Source of the DNA: Kiritimatiellia bacterium
GTDB taxonomy: Bacteria > Verrucomicrobiota > Kiritimatiellia > CAIVKH01
Assembly (NCBI GenBank): GCA_035327585.1
Contig: DAOLDD010000013.1
Coordinates: forward strand, 5,174 to 69,173
Length of the DNA: 64,000 nucleotides
Direction of reading: 5' to 3'
In this document: piece by piece, positions 29,623 through 44,600 of the stretch
Numbering within the stretch: the stretch's first letter is position 1
Layout of the letters: each line of letters starts with the position of its first letter
Notes under the pieces: model-generated
The model's input: the letters and a program-made list of their open reading frames with translations, nothing else
Databases searched by the model: none
Told to the model about the DNA's origin: nothing
Position numbers and translations under genes: made by a program

Positions 29623-32600
29623 ATGGATGTGTGGGGATCAGATCTTTCGGTGGGGACCTTGTTGAAGCGTTTATCCTTGCTGAAAGGGGTGGGGGTGCGC
29701 CGTGGCCGTTTCGGTCATGCAGCGGGATTGCTGGCCGCGATCCTTTCCATCGGACTTCCTGCCCGGATATACGCGCAAGAAACCGTGTATTGGCGCAACG
29801 GCGCGGGTACAGATCTCTGGTGGAATGGCGGGGTGAATCCCTGGTTTCGAAGCTGTGACTCCTATTGGGTTGATCGCCCTGACCGCAACCAGTGCTTCAC
29901 GTATCCCGGGACGACGGGGCCGAACGAGATCCACTTCGACAACGGCAGCGATCTGACCATGACGATGAACGGGGCCTATTTCCAGGTCCTGCGGTTGCTC
30001 TTCGACAACGGCACGGGCGCGCGCACGATCACGGCTGATGGCAGCGGTGGCCTCGACATGCGCAGCGGTTCCGGCACGACGAAGATTGAAAATAACGACG
30101 CCGATACGCAGATCATCAACGCGCCCGTCGTGTTCTACACCACGACCGAAATCAATCCGGTGCAGGGCGACCTGACGTTCCGCAACAACATCTATTTCAA
30201 GAGCAACTGGCTCAACGTCTACGGCGACAACCGGAAGACGCTCAACCTGTTCTCGGTGCTGAACACCGATGGCGGCAACGGTGGCGTCGCGGTCAAGCAG
30301 CATTCGCTGGTCAACATCACCAACAACAACACGATCACCGGTGCGATCGTCATTGAAAAAGGCGTCGTGCGCCTGGCCGGCAGCACGAATGCAATGGGCG
30401 CGAGCGGCATCATCACCGTGGGCACCAACGCGACGCTGGAGCTGAATGAAAACGTGGTGTGGCGGCCCGGAGTGCATATCAATTTGTACGGCAACGGCAC
30501 CAACGGCATTGGCGGGTTGCGCAAGCTGACCCCCAGCGGCGACATGACGTGGCCGGGCTCGATTGCGTTCAGCAACGCCACCGCCATCCGGGTGGACGGC
30601 GGGAACCTGACCGTCACCGGCGTGCTCAGCGCGGCCTCGCTCTGGAGCAAGCTGGGGACGGGTTCCCTCAACCTCTCCGCCAATAATACGTTCAGCGGCA
30701 ACAGCATCATCAGCGGTGGCGTGGTCCGTATCTCCCACGGCAACGGCCTCGGCGACACATCGGGCAGCAACATCGTCGTCAGCGGCGCGGCCCTCGAATT
30801 GACCGGCGGCATCACCTCCGCCGAGCGTATGGCGATCAACGGCACGGGCATCTCCAGTGCAGGCGCGCTCCGGAACATCAGCGGCAATAACACCCTGTCC
30901 GGCGCGATTGCGATGGGCGCGGCCTCCAGCATTGGCGTGGATGCCGACTCGCTGACGCTCAGCGGCATTCTTTCGGGCGGCTTCGCGCTGACCAAGGTCG
31001 CCTCCGGCACGCTGACGCTTGGTGGCAACAACACATTCAGCGGTGGTGTCACGCATAACGGCAGTGGTGGACGGATCAATATTGGACACGCCAATGCCTT
31101 GGGCAGCGGCGCATATACGATCAACGGCGCCAGCACGGAGTTCGACAATTCGTCCGGCGGGTCGCTTTCCATCAACAACGCCTTTACGCTCAGCAACGGC
31201 AGCCCGACCTTTATCGGATCGAACCCGTTGGCGATCGGCGGCGCGGTGACGTTGTCCGGCGCGAATCGTACGGTAACAGTCAACGCCAGCACGCTGACGC
31301 TCAGCGGCAACATCTCGGAGTCGGGGTCGCGCTTGTTGACCAAAGCGGGCTCGGGTACCCTGACGTTGAGCGGCAACAACGCGCACAGCGGCGGCACCAC
31401 CATCAGCGGCGGCACGCTCAATATTGGCCATGCCAACGCGCTGGGAACGGGTCTTTTCACCACCGGCGGCAACACGTTCGACAATTCCTCGGGCGGTTCG
31501 CTGACGGTGGCTAACGCGGTGAATTTCAGCGGAAATCCGACCTTCACCGGCACGCAGCCGCTGTCCATCACGGGCACGGGCCTGCTCTCCAGCGCGGCGA
31601 CGCGCACGATCACGGTGACGGCCAGCACGCTGACACTGGCCGGATCGATTGGCGAGGATTCGGCGGGCCGGAACCTCACCAAGGCAGGCGCGGGCACGCT
31701 GGTGTTGTCCGGCGCGAATGTCTACGGCGGCGTATCCACCGTCAGCGCGGGCACGCTACAGATCGGCGCGGGGAGCACGAGCGGCTCCGTTGCGGGCAAC
31801 ATCGCGAACAACTCCGCATTGATCTTCAATCGCTCCGACGACTTCTCCTATGCCGGCATCATCAGCGGCAGCGGCACGCTGACCAAACAGGGCGCCGGCG
31901 TGCTGACGCTGTCCGGCGTGAACACCTTCAGCGGCGCGGCCACGATTTCCGCCGGGACGCTGCGCATGGGCGACGCAGCGGCGCTGGGTACGACCGCGGG
32001 CAACACGACGGTCAGCGATGGCACCGTGCTCGACCTGAACGGCCAGACGGTCGGTGCGGAACCGGTCGTCCTCAATGGCCATGGCATCAGCGGCGCGGGC
32101 GCGCTGATCAGCGGCAGCGGGGCGGCCAGCCTGAGCGGCGCGATTTCGCTGAACACGGCGTCCGCGGTGGGTGGCGCGAACCAGGTGACCTTGAGCGGCG
32201 TCATCAGCGGTGGTCAGTTGACGAAGGTCGGCGCGGGCACGACGATCCTTTCCGGCAACAATACGTTCACCGGCGACAGCATCGTCAGCAACGGCGTACT
32301 CCGCATCACACACGCCAACGGCCTTGGCACGACGGCGGGCAGCAACATCGTGGTCAGTGGCGCGGCGGTGGAGATCAGCGGCGGCGTTACCTCCGCCGAG
32401 CGCATGGCGATCAACGGCACGGGGATTTCCGCCAACGGCGCGCTGCGCAGCGTCAGCGGCGCGAACACGTTTTCCGGCGCCATCGCCCTTGGAGCCGCAT
32501 CGAGCGTGGGCGTCGATGCCGATTCACTCGCGATGAGCGGCATCATCTCCGGCGCTTTTTCGCTGACGAAGGTCGGGTCCGGACTGCTGACATTGAGCGG

Positions 32601-35600
32601 GAACAACACGTTTAGCGGAGGCCTCGTGATTCCGGCCGGTACGGTTTCCGCCACATCGGACGCAAATGCGCTGGGCGGCGGCGGCACCGGAACGGTCACC
32701 CTGGGCGATACCGGCGGCAGCGCCAACGCTGTACTCCAGGGCGATGGGCGGACGTTCGCGAATCCCATCACGGTCGCGTCGGGCAGCAGCGGGACGGCCA
32801 CGATTCGCAATAACAGCGGCACAACCATCCTGTCTGGCGGAGTTACGTTGAACAAACCCGTGCGCCTGGTCACGGGCTCGACCGCGCTGAACATCACTGG
32901 CGGCCTCACCGGTTCCAGCGGGGTAACCGTTGCGCTCGACGCCGGATCGGGCCGGGTTCGCCTGCAAACAACGAGCAGCCCGGGGTTCACGGGTGGCGTG
33001 ACGCTTGAGTCGGGGACACTGGAATTGTCGAATGCCAACATGTTGTCCTCCGACAACGCGGTCACGATGTCGGCGGGCTCAACATTGGATCTTCGCGCCG
33101 GCAACACGATTGCCTCGCTGTCCGGGGATGGCACGATCACGCGTGGCGGCGGCTCGCCGACCTTGACGATCAGTCCCTCCGCCGGTTCCACGTCTTTCGC
33201 CGGAAGCCTGGACAATGGCGCGGGCACCCTGGCGCTGACCAAGTCCGGCGCGGGCACGCAGGTCCTCACCGGCGCCAGCACGTACAGCGGCAATACGACG
33301 GTCAGCGCGGGCACACTGGTTCAGAACGGCACGAACACCAGCTCCGCCGTTTCGGTTTCCTCGGGCGCGACGTTGATGGGCGGCGGCGCGATCGCCGACC
33401 TGACCGTGACCGGCACGGTGCGACCGGGCAACAGCGCCTCCGCGATCGGTCGCCTCGCGGTCGCCTCGCTGACCATGAACAACGGTTCCGCGGCGCGCTT
33501 CAAGCTCGGTGACGCCTCCAACGCGACCGACCGCGACTTCATCAGCAATAGCGGCTCGGCCACAATCAACGCGACCTCGACGATCCAACTCGACGACAGC
33601 CAGATCAGCAACTGGGACCCGTCGCAGAGTTACTCGTGGGACCTGATCGAGGGCGGCATTTCCTCCGTCGCGAATTTCTCGCTGGACGACACGACGCACT
33701 TCGCCTCCTCGAAGGCGGGCGGCTCGTTCAGCCTCTCCGCGAGCGGCGGCAACCTTGTCCTCTCCTTCACGCCGGCGGCCGGCGAGCCGGCGACGCAGGC
33801 GACGAGCATCACGTTCTCGTCCGTGACGGTCAGTTCGATGACGGTGAGCTGGACCATCGGCGACGGCGTGAATCGCATCGTCGTTGCGCGGGCGGGCGGC
33901 GCGGTGGACGCCGACCCCAGCGACAGCAGCACGTACACGGCCGACACCACGTTCGGCAGCGGCTCGGAAATCGGCACCGGCAACTTCGTCGTATCCAACG
34001 GAAGTGGCAGCTCCGTCACCGTCACCGGCTTGACCGCGAACACGGTCTATCACTTCCGCGTCTATGAATACAACGGCACGGCGGGCAATGAGGACTACCT
34101 GACCAGCACCGCTTCGGGCAACCCCGCGAGCCGCACGACACTGGCGGCGGAACCGACGACGCAGGCGAGCGTGGTGACGTTCAGTTCCGTCGGAACGACG
34201 TCGATGGGCGTGAGCTGGACCGATGGCAACGGCGCGAACCGGCTGGTGATCGCGCGTGAGGCCAGCGCGCCGTCCAGTGGGCCGGTGGACGGCACGTCGT
34301 ACACGGCGGACAGTGACTTTTCCGGCGGCGGTTCCTCGCTCGGCGGCGGCAAGGTGGTGTATCAGGGTTCGGGCAGCTCTTTTACGCTCTCCGGCCTCAC
34401 CGCGGCGACCCGCTATTACATACAGGTCTTCGAATACAACGGCAGCGGGCTCGCGCTGAACTACTTCACGAACACGGCGTCCGGCAACCCCGGCGACCGG
34501 TATACGCTATCGACCGAACCCACGGGCCACGCGGGCAGCTTCGCCGCGGTCGTTGCGTCCAGCAGTTCGATTGATTTGTCGTGGACTGCGGCGGCGGGGC
34601 CACCGTCGGGCTACCTCATTCTCCAGCGCACGGGCGCCGATCCGACGGGCACGCCTACGGACGGGCAGGGCTATTCCGTCAGCGACACGATTGGCGACGG
34701 CACGGTGGCGGCGATCGTGACGCCGGGGTCCGCGACCTCGACCACCATCAGCGGTTTGAGCGCGGGCACGACCTACCACTTCAGCATCGTTCCGTTCAAC
34801 TGGGACGGCGCAAACGCGCAGACCTACAATTACCGCACCGCGGCGACGATCCCGACGGCGAACGCGACCACGTATGCGGCGGAACCGAACACGCAGGCCA
34901 CGAGCATCACCTTCCCGGCGCGGACCAAGGACAGCATCGATGTGAGTTGGACCGATGGAAATGGCGCGAATCGCGTCGTCGTTGCGCGCGAAGGGTCCGC
35001 GGTCGATGCCGACCCCGTGGATGGCACAGGCTACACCGCCGATGCCGAGTTCGGCGCCGGAACGGAAATCGGCACGGGCAACTTCGTGGTCTACAGCGGG
35101 TCGGGCAGCAGCTTCACGGCCACCGACCTGAAGACCAACACGACCTATCACTTCCGGGTCTATGAATTCAACGGCAGCAGCGGCACCGCGAACTACAACA
35201 CGAACAGCGCGACGGGCAACCCCGCCAGCAGCGCCACGGCGGACAACGAACCCGGCATCGGCGTGGGTTCAGGCATCAGCGCATCCACCACGGTCGGCAC
35301 CGCGCCGTCCGCTGGATCGTTCGTGGTCACGAATATCGGCGGCAGCCTGCTCTCCTATGTGATCAGCGACGACGTGGGGTGGCTGGCGGTCACCGCGCTC
35401 ACCGCGACCAACAAGTCGAGCGGCCAGACCGAGTCGCATACCGTGACCTACACGGTGACCGGTTTGCATCCCGGCACGAGCAACGCGACGATCACGGTCA
35501 CGCAGACCGGCGCGGGCGAAAACGCGGCCACGAATTCGCCGCAAACGATTCCCGTCACACTGACGCTCAACGCGATCCCGGACCCGACGGCCGTTTTGAT

Positions 35601-38600
35601 CAACGGCGAAGGCCCGGAATTCGCCCGCCTGTTCTGGACCAAGAACGCCTCCTACGATGTGATGATCGTGCACCGCGAGACGAATACGCCCGCCGTGCCC
35701 GCGAACGGCACGCCCTACAGCGTGGGCGACACCTACGGCAGCGACGGAACCCGTGTGCTCTACAAGGGCGCCGCCGCGACGTTTGAACACGTCGTGCGGC
35801 CCGGTTCCACGAATCACTACACGATCTATTCGATCAACAACGACCATTACTCCGCGGGCGTGACTGGCGCGGCGACGAACCCGGGCTACGCGGCCAATGT
35901 AACGGTCGAATCGTTCGCTTACACCAATGCGTTGACCATGGGGTCGCGCAACGGCGGCGCCGGATGGAGCGCGAGCTGGACCGCCAACTCCGGAACGTTC
36001 ACGGTGAACACCACCCAGTTCACCGCCATCAGCGGCTATCCCAGCCGGGCGGGAAACACCATTACCGGGAATAACGCTTCGATCCGCCGCGACTTCACCG
36101 CGATCACCAGCGGCAGGATTTATGTGTCGTTCATGTTGCGCACCGACAATGGAGGAGGAAGCCAATACTCCGGCGTGAGCTTCTTCGACGGCGGCACGGA
36201 GGAGAAATTCTTCGGCGAGGGTTTCAGCCAGGTCAATCAGTTGACCGTGGGCGGAGCCGCCGGCCGTCAACTGGCCAACAATACCGACTACACCATCATC
36301 GCGATGTACGATTTTACCAGCGATATGGCCAAGGCCTTGCTCTACACCAACGCCACGGAAAGCATTCCGACCACTGAGCCGGTTACCTGGCATGTCGAGG
36401 AATCCGACGCTTCCATTTCCAGCATCAACCGAATCCGGCTGGAGTCAAATGTCGGTACACGGTGGGATGAGATCCGGATCGCGACGAACTACTACGAGTT
36501 GCTCCAGATCGAGGAAACCGAGCCCGCGCTGTTTGTCGGCCCGACCAACTTCTCGGTCACGCTGATGAAGGGCAATGCGTCCTCCAACAGCTTCGCCGTC
36601 ACCAATCTCGGGTCAAAGGCGCTGCTGTACACCAACACGATCACCTACGGTTCGGGGTCCGGCTGGCTGACCGTTGCGCCGACCGGCGGCACAATCGCCG
36701 GCAGCGCGACCCTCATTCACACGGGCGTGGTCAGCGCCGTCAGCCAGGCGGCGGGCACCTACGTCGCGACGAACCGCGTCGCGGGCAACCAGACCAACGC
36801 GGCGGTTGACGTCGTCTTCGCGATGACGGTGACGAACATTCCGCCGCCGACGGCGGTGCTGGCGACGAATGACGGCGCCGAGATGGTAAGAATGTCGTGG
36901 ACGGCGGCGGGCTCGCTCAACGTGATGATCGTGCACCGCGCGGGCGCGGATTTGTCCGCCGACCCGACGGACAACACGCCCTACAGCGTCAACGCGGCGC
37001 TTGGCGGCGGTACGGTCATCTTCAACGGGTCCGCCGCCAGCCGCGAACACGTGGTCGCGCCGGGCACGACGAACTATTACCGCTTCTATTCCGTCAACAA
37101 CAACCATTACTCGCCGATGGTCGCGGTGGCGGCGACGACGACCACATACCGGACCGGCGAAATCGTGGACCAGTTTGCCTACACGAATGGAGTCGGCGTC
37201 AACGGACTCGGCGGCGGCCAGGGCTGGACCAACAACTGGACGGCCACGGGACCGAATATCGCCGCGGATGTCGTGATCACAAACAACGACTTCATGCATC
37301 CCTTCAAGAGTAACTGGCCGACCCGTAATGCGAACGTTCTCGTTCTCAAGACGACGAACAATTCAACCTATGCGGCCCGCCGCAACTTCGCCGGCATCAC
37401 CGGCGGCAAAGTCTATATCGCCGCCGAATACAGGCGTGCGTTTGACGAAGGCCCGACGGACGGCAAGTTCTCCGGAATCCGGGTCGTAGACGGCACGACC
37501 GAGGTCGCGTACTTCGGCGAGCGCGGCGGTTCGGGCAATGAGGATATCTTCGGCGTGTCGAGTTCGGCGAGCGCCACCTACGGGGCGAACGACTCGTTTG
37601 GTCCCACCACCAATTTTCTCATCATCGGTCGCTACGACTTCGATACGGATGTCTTCTCCGCCATATACTTTACCACGAACGACACCTTGCCTGTCGCGGA
37701 GCCCGCGTTCCTCGTCAGCGTGACAAACTCGACCATCACCCGGATTGACGGTGTCCAACTGGTTGCCGGTGCGGATAACGGATGGGCGGGCAGCGTTCGT
37801 TTCGACGAAGTGCGCGTCGCGACGAACTGGTGGGAACTGCTCGGCAACACGCCTGCGCCGCCCTATGCAACCAACTATGTCGTCGGCAATGAGACCAACC
37901 ATGTTTCTGACGCGCAGGTCAACGCGGGGACCTTCCCGGTGATGATGGCCTTCCGAGCGGAGGGCGGTGTGGAGTCGACGAACACGATCCCGCCCTATTT
38001 CATCCCGAACTTCGACCTGTTCAACCCGAGCGGCGTGCAGATCGTCACCGACCGGGTCTTCTCGGTCTTCTCCTACCAGGATGGCGGGCTGACGCTGATC
38101 GCCTCGAATACGACGCATTCGACGGTCGTCCCGTCCGGCGTGGTGCTGGGTGTGCACACCGCGCGCTGGAGCGCGATTTCGTCGAACGGGTTCTCGGCGG
38201 TGGACGCCGCAACCTTGTCGAACGGCACGGCGATCACCTTCACCGTGTTCGATGACGACACGACCACGCCTGATCCCATCGGCATCAATTCCACGAACTC
38301 GGGCGGCGGCAGCAGCCGCCTGCTGCACATCGCGCAGGGCGCGGCCAATATCGGCGCGAACGGCGCGGCGTCGAACAACATCCAGTACACGATGACCGAC
38401 GCGGCGTTGACGAACACGACGGCGGCGAACCCGCTCTTCTTCTGGCTCGGCGCGCGCGACGGATCGGGGCTCAATCGCGACACCTCGAACGCCGACACCA
38501 ATTCGCATTTGAGCATCGGGTCCGCGATTATCAGCAACGTCGCGAACTACGACGCGAGCCGCAGTTCGGCATTCGCCGACACCTCGGCCGCGCGCGCCAC

Positions 38601-41600
38601 GAACGTATGGACCTGGACGACGGCGTTCAGCGCCTCGCAGATCGAAAACCTCGTCACGAACTCCGCCGTCGCCGGCTCCAACGCCGTCGTGGCCACCTGG
38701 CGCGATGCGGACGCGGATCGCGCGAACGATTCCACGATCCTGGTTCACACGCAGGGCTGGCTGCGGGTCACCGACGACGACACCACGCCGCCGACGATCC
38801 AGAACTTTAATATCTATGGCGCCCAGGGTTCGTACACCGTGCGGGTCGATGAACTGACCTCCGGCACCGGCTGGTCGATCACCGGCCGTGTCTCGGATGC
38901 GAGCGGCATCAATGTCAACGGCACGAACACGGTGCAGCCGAACAACTCGCCCTATTTCGAATTGTGGGATCCCGTGGGCGCGATGCGCTTCCGCAAGGCG
39001 TTCGGCGACCTGTCCTTCGCGGACGGTGGCGCAACCAGTCTCTCCGCCGTCAGCAACGGCGCCGAGGTGGTCAGCGGCGTGACCTTCGTGGATGCCGGCG
39101 TATGGACGGCGCGCGTGGTCGTGGCGGACAACGACGAGGACTTCGGCAACAACGACCATGCCATTGGAACGAATGAAATTTCGTTCACCGTCGTGCTGGG
39201 CGCGACTCTGGGCGGGCTCGGGAGCAGTCCGGGTCACTTCGCGGTGACGTCGTCCTTCGGCACGGTCACCAGCACCAATCCGTGGCCGCAGTTCTTCGTG
39301 ACGAACATCGGGTCGGGCACGCTGAACTACAATGCCGGCGTCAGCTACAGCGGGGCCGGCGGGTGGCTGACGGTCACGCCGACAAATGGTTCCCTGGCGG
39401 GAACGGGCGCGTGGCGGAGCCACACCAACAGCATCGACGCCTCCTCGCTGAGCCCGGGCACCTACACGGCGACGATCACCCTGAACGGCGACCAGACGAA
39501 CGCTGCGCAAACCATCACGGTCACCCTGCGGGTCTTCGGTTACTATCCGGGCGAAATTGTTGACCAGTTCACCAATTCCTCCGGCTCGTTGGAAGGCATG
39601 ATTGGTGGAACGGGCTGGTCGGGCGCGTGGGACAACAACCCGGACGTCGGGTTCTCCATTGATTCCGGCAACCTTACGGTTCCCGGCAACTACCCCGCGG
39701 CGGCGGGCAACAAGGTGTGCGGGAATACCGCCTCCGACACGGAGCTGCGCGTGTTCCGCGCGTTTGGAACCACCTTCAGCACCGGGAAGGTTTTCATGGC
39801 GATGGCCATGCGGAAGAGCGATGGCGATCCGAACGGATTCAATGGCATTTCCTTCATGAGCAATTCGACGGAAGTTGCCTTCGCGGGCAAGCTGTTCGGC
39901 AGCCAGTTCTTCGGTCTCGACCTCGGCGCAAACGGGGGCTCGGCCGCGAGCGCCTTCGGCGTAAATGGATCGGGCGACCCCGGCTACTTCTACATCGGCA
40001 TGTACGATTTCTCCGCCAACCGCTTCTACGGTCGCGCGTACAACAACAGCGATTCATTGCCGGTCACGGAGCCGACGTGGTCCGCCACCGGCACGCCGAC
40101 GGTGGCCATCGGTTCGATCAACGGGTTGCGCATCGCGGCGCGGAACGAGGGGACGTTCTGCTTCGACGAAGTCCGCGCGGCGTCGAGTTGGGAAGGGCTG
40201 CTCAACCAGTTCACGAACGAGCCCAACGTGCATGCCAGCGGCATCAACTTCCGCGAGGTCACGCCCTCCACGATGATCGTCGGCTGGACGCCGGGCAACG
40301 GCGCGAACCGCATCGTGATCGCGCGTGAAGGTTCGGCGGTCACATTGAGCCCGACGGACAGCGTGTCGTACGCGTTCAATAGCGACTTCACGTTGGCGCC
40401 GGATTTCGGCGGAAACCGGGTCGTGTACAACGGCGGCGGCACGAATTTCACGCTCGGCGGCCTCACCGCAACCACGCGCTACTTCTTCGCGATCTACGAA
40501 TACAACGGCGCCACGCCGAATTACTTCACCAACGCCGGCTTCGCGACCGGCAGCCGTTGGACGATTGCGACGGAACCCGCGAATCCAATCGTCACGTTCG
40601 ACGCGTATCCGGCCTCGGACACGACGATGACGAACAAGTGGACGCTTCCGGGCGGCACGCCGGAACCGGACGGCTACCTGATCCTGCGCCGCCAGGGCAG
40701 CGCCGTGGTGGACTTCCCGGTCGACGGCGTCGGCTATACCAACAACCAGCTCCTCCCGAACGCGCGTGTGGCGCTGGTGACGCCGGGCACGGCGATCGAG
40801 TTCCTGCAATCCAACATGACGTCGTGCCTGACGTACCACTTCAAGATATTCCCGTTCCGCTGGAACGGCACAGATGGCGAGACCTACAATTATCTCACCA
40901 ACTCCGCCGCCACCGCCTCGGCTGAAACGGACTGCACGGCGCCGACCCTGCAGGCGAGCAACATCGTCTTCAGCCTGACCGGCACGAACCGCATCACCCT
41001 GTCGTGGGAGCGGGGGAACGGGCAGGCCAGCCTGCTCGTGGTGCGCGGCACGAACGCCGTCAGCGCCGATCCATCCGACGGCACGACCTACACCGCCAGC
41101 GCGAACTATGGCAGCGGGTCGCATTTGGGCGGCGGAAATTATGTCGCCTACCTGGGCACGGGCTCGACTTTGACGGTCACCGGCTTGGTGCCGAATGTCA
41201 CCTACCACTTCCGCGTATACGAATACAACGGTTCCGGTTCTGGTATTGACTACAACACGAACACGGCGGTGAACAACCCGCGCAGCACGGCGACCGCCTC
41301 TTTTGGTATCGTCGAAGACAAGTTCGTCTGGAACTACTTCGGCGACTACGCAAACAATAACCTGAGCGGCGCCAGCACCGGGACCGGATGGACCAATAGC
41401 TGGACCACATACGGCGGCTATGTCGCTGTGGACGACGCCAATTCGCCCGCGTTCAAGGGGTATCCCGCCGATACGCGATCCGGCTGCGGTAATGACTGCA
41501 ATGACAGTCGGCAGGTCAAGATCGTCACCGTGAGTGATACCTCCTACGGGGCGCGCCGCTACTTCCCGGCCCGGACGAGCGGAAAGATTTATGCCGCGGT

Positions 41601-44600
41601 GAAGATCAACATACAGGACCCGTCGGACACGGCTTCGTGGGCCGGCTTGTCCTTTATGGATGGCGCGACCGAAGTCGGCTTCCTCGGCAAGGGATTCGGA
41701 AACACCTTCGACCTGACGCTTGACGATAACAATGGAAACGTGCGGACGAACACGACGTTCAACAACAACAGCTCCTGGCAGTTGTTCGGGGGCGTTCCGT
41801 ACCTCATTGTGCTGCAGTACGACTTTGATAATCAAATCCTGCGCGGCATGGGGCTTTCCACGTCTCTGATCCCGCCGGCCATCCCCGAGCTCGAACTCGG
41901 ATGGAATGTTGAAATTCCCAATGTGACGATCTCCCGGATCGACGGCATTCGGATTGGGGGTCGCAATGTCGGCGATTTGATCTTTGACCACATTCGTGTC
42001 GGACCGAGCTGGGAGGAAGTCGTCTGGAACCTGCCCGCGGGCTGGCACGAGGACAACGGCCCGGTGCCGACCCTGGTGTATATCGGAACGAACTATAATT
42101 CGGCCGTTTATGACCTCGTTATTACCAACCTGAGCGACGCGGAGTTGAAGTCGTCGCAGTTGATTGATTTCGCTGTTCGCTGGGAAAGCCCGGCCTACGG
42201 CGTATTCCTGACGAATTCCGTCGGCACCAACAGGAATCAGGGTTCGAAGAATGCCCGGGTCAGTCCGAACTGGGATCCGCTCGCGGTCGGAGTGGCGTCG
42301 AACATGTTCGGCCTCGACAGGTACTTCACGAACCATTTCGGGTTCAACGGCGCGAGTGTGGTCACGACATTCCAGAAAAACGGGTTCAGCGTGACCAACA
42401 TTGACTTCGATGTGCAGTATTTCGTGACCGTGTCGGCGGAGACGGATCCGGGCGGCAGCACCGTTTCTCCGTTCTACGGCGGTTCTGGCTGGGACAACGT
42501 GCCGGTCACCCGCGCGCTTACGATCAACGAACCGCTCCGGTTCTATGTGTACGACGATGACACCAACGCGCCGGTGCGCGGCAGCCGTCCGTTGCGCGTG
42601 TTGACGAACGCGACGATCGCCTCGGCGCAGACGGCTGGCGAATTCGAGCGCTACTTCGTCTATGACGGAGTGCTGACGCAGGCGGGCATGCGCGTGCAGC
42701 TCAATGCATTCGACAGCTACAGCGGCTTGCAACGCGCCGCGGGCGGGTCCCCGACGACCAACATGTCGATCACGATCCCGTACGTCGCGACGAACGACAC
42801 GGACAATTTCAGTCCGTCGATGAGCAGCGATTTCGATGACTCCAGGACGGCGACCGCCACCAGCACCTGGGCGTTCGCCGACTCGCTCTTCACCTGGGAC
42901 CGCGTGACCGCGATGTGGGGCGGCGACGGCAGCGGCGAACAGGGCCAGGATCTCGAAGTGCTCGCCACGATCCCGGACGCCGACGATGACCGCGTGGACG
43001 ACCAGATGTTCACCAGCAACGCGGTGATGGGGTACATCCGCCTGCTGGACGACGACATCGCACCGCCGGCCGTGGGGACGATCCCGCTGGCCGTCACGCT
43101 GGGCGCCGCCACCATCGCCCCGTCCAACACGGGCAGCCTGGTCGCGGGATGGAATTTCAACAGCAGCGATATCTCCGTCTCGCATGGCGCGGGCACGTTG
43201 AGCACGAACAACTTCACCGGCGGCATCACGTTTGGCCTCGGCACCACCCTCAACGCCGTCAGCGGCGACCCGGCGGGCAACGACCTGCTGATCACGGGCA
43301 ACAGCCAGAACGGACGCTACCTCCAGTTCCAGGTCAGCATGGCCGGCCAGGTCAGCCTGGTGCTGTCATTTGCGATGCAGCGCAGCGCGGCGAACGGGTT
43401 CACGAGTTGCCAGGTTTCCTACTCGGTCGACGGCGTGACCTTCACGAATTTCGGCGCGGCGATCACGCCGGCGGATTCCTACACGGCCTATTCAGTCGAC
43501 ATGAGCGGCGTCAATGCGCTGAACAACCAGGCTGCGGTGTACATCCGGTTGACCGTCGACGGCGCCACCAGCGGCGGCGGCACCATTCGCTTCGACAACT
43601 TCCAGTTCCGTTCGGGCTATTACTACGAACTGACCGACGGCCTGTTGGCGACCGTGGCGGCGACGAACGCGCTGAACTTCACGCTGAACTTCTTCGACAG
43701 CGCCAGCGGCGTTTCGCGCGGCAACAATCCCGCCATCCACACCCACGTCAACATCTCCGGCCTCGCGACGAATGATCCCAACTACAACGCCGCGCGCAGC
43801 TCGACGAATACCTCCGTGAACACCTCCACCACGACCTGGAGCTTCACGTCGTTCAGTTACAGCCAGATCGGCGACCTGTACGCGCAGGGGACGAACAACC
43901 GCGCCATTTACGCGAACCTCGTCGATGACGACAACGACCGCGATAACGACCGCGCGTGGGTGACCAATCGCTTCTTCGGACAGTTCCGCGTGATCGACGA
44001 CGACACCAATACGCCGGTGGTCGCGAACATCCGGCCCGGCGCGGGCGACGCGTCCGACCGCCCGTTCTGGGTCATGACCAACAGCGCGACGCCGACCCGC
44101 CTGGGCACGGCGTATGACGGAACCGTGCGCGACAGCCGCCGCTCCGGTACGGGAACCAACTCGGTCTTTGTGTTGTCCGACGCGGAAATGCTGAACGCAG
44201 GCAACCGGGGCATCCGTTTCGCCTTCGGCGCCCAGGATGTCGGATCCGGCCTCGCGCGCGGCAACTCTGGAACGACCAATCAAGTAATGAGCTTCAGCGT
44301 CGGAACCAATATTGTCGGCGAAATCACGCATTTCGACGCCTCATTGAGCACCGCGGGGAACCCGCTGGTCAATACGACCAACATCTGGGTCTTCACCGAT
44401 CTCACCTGGGGCGAGGCGGATATTGACGGCATGATGGCCGCCGGCGAAATGCCCGTGCGCGTGACCATACCCGACCTCGACAACGACCGGGCCAACGACG
44501 CGGCGGTCCTGTACTCGACGCAGGTGGGCTTCCTCAAGGTGGTCGACGACGATATCGAGCCGCCGTACTTGCCCTCACTGCAAATCGGGCCGGCAGGCAG

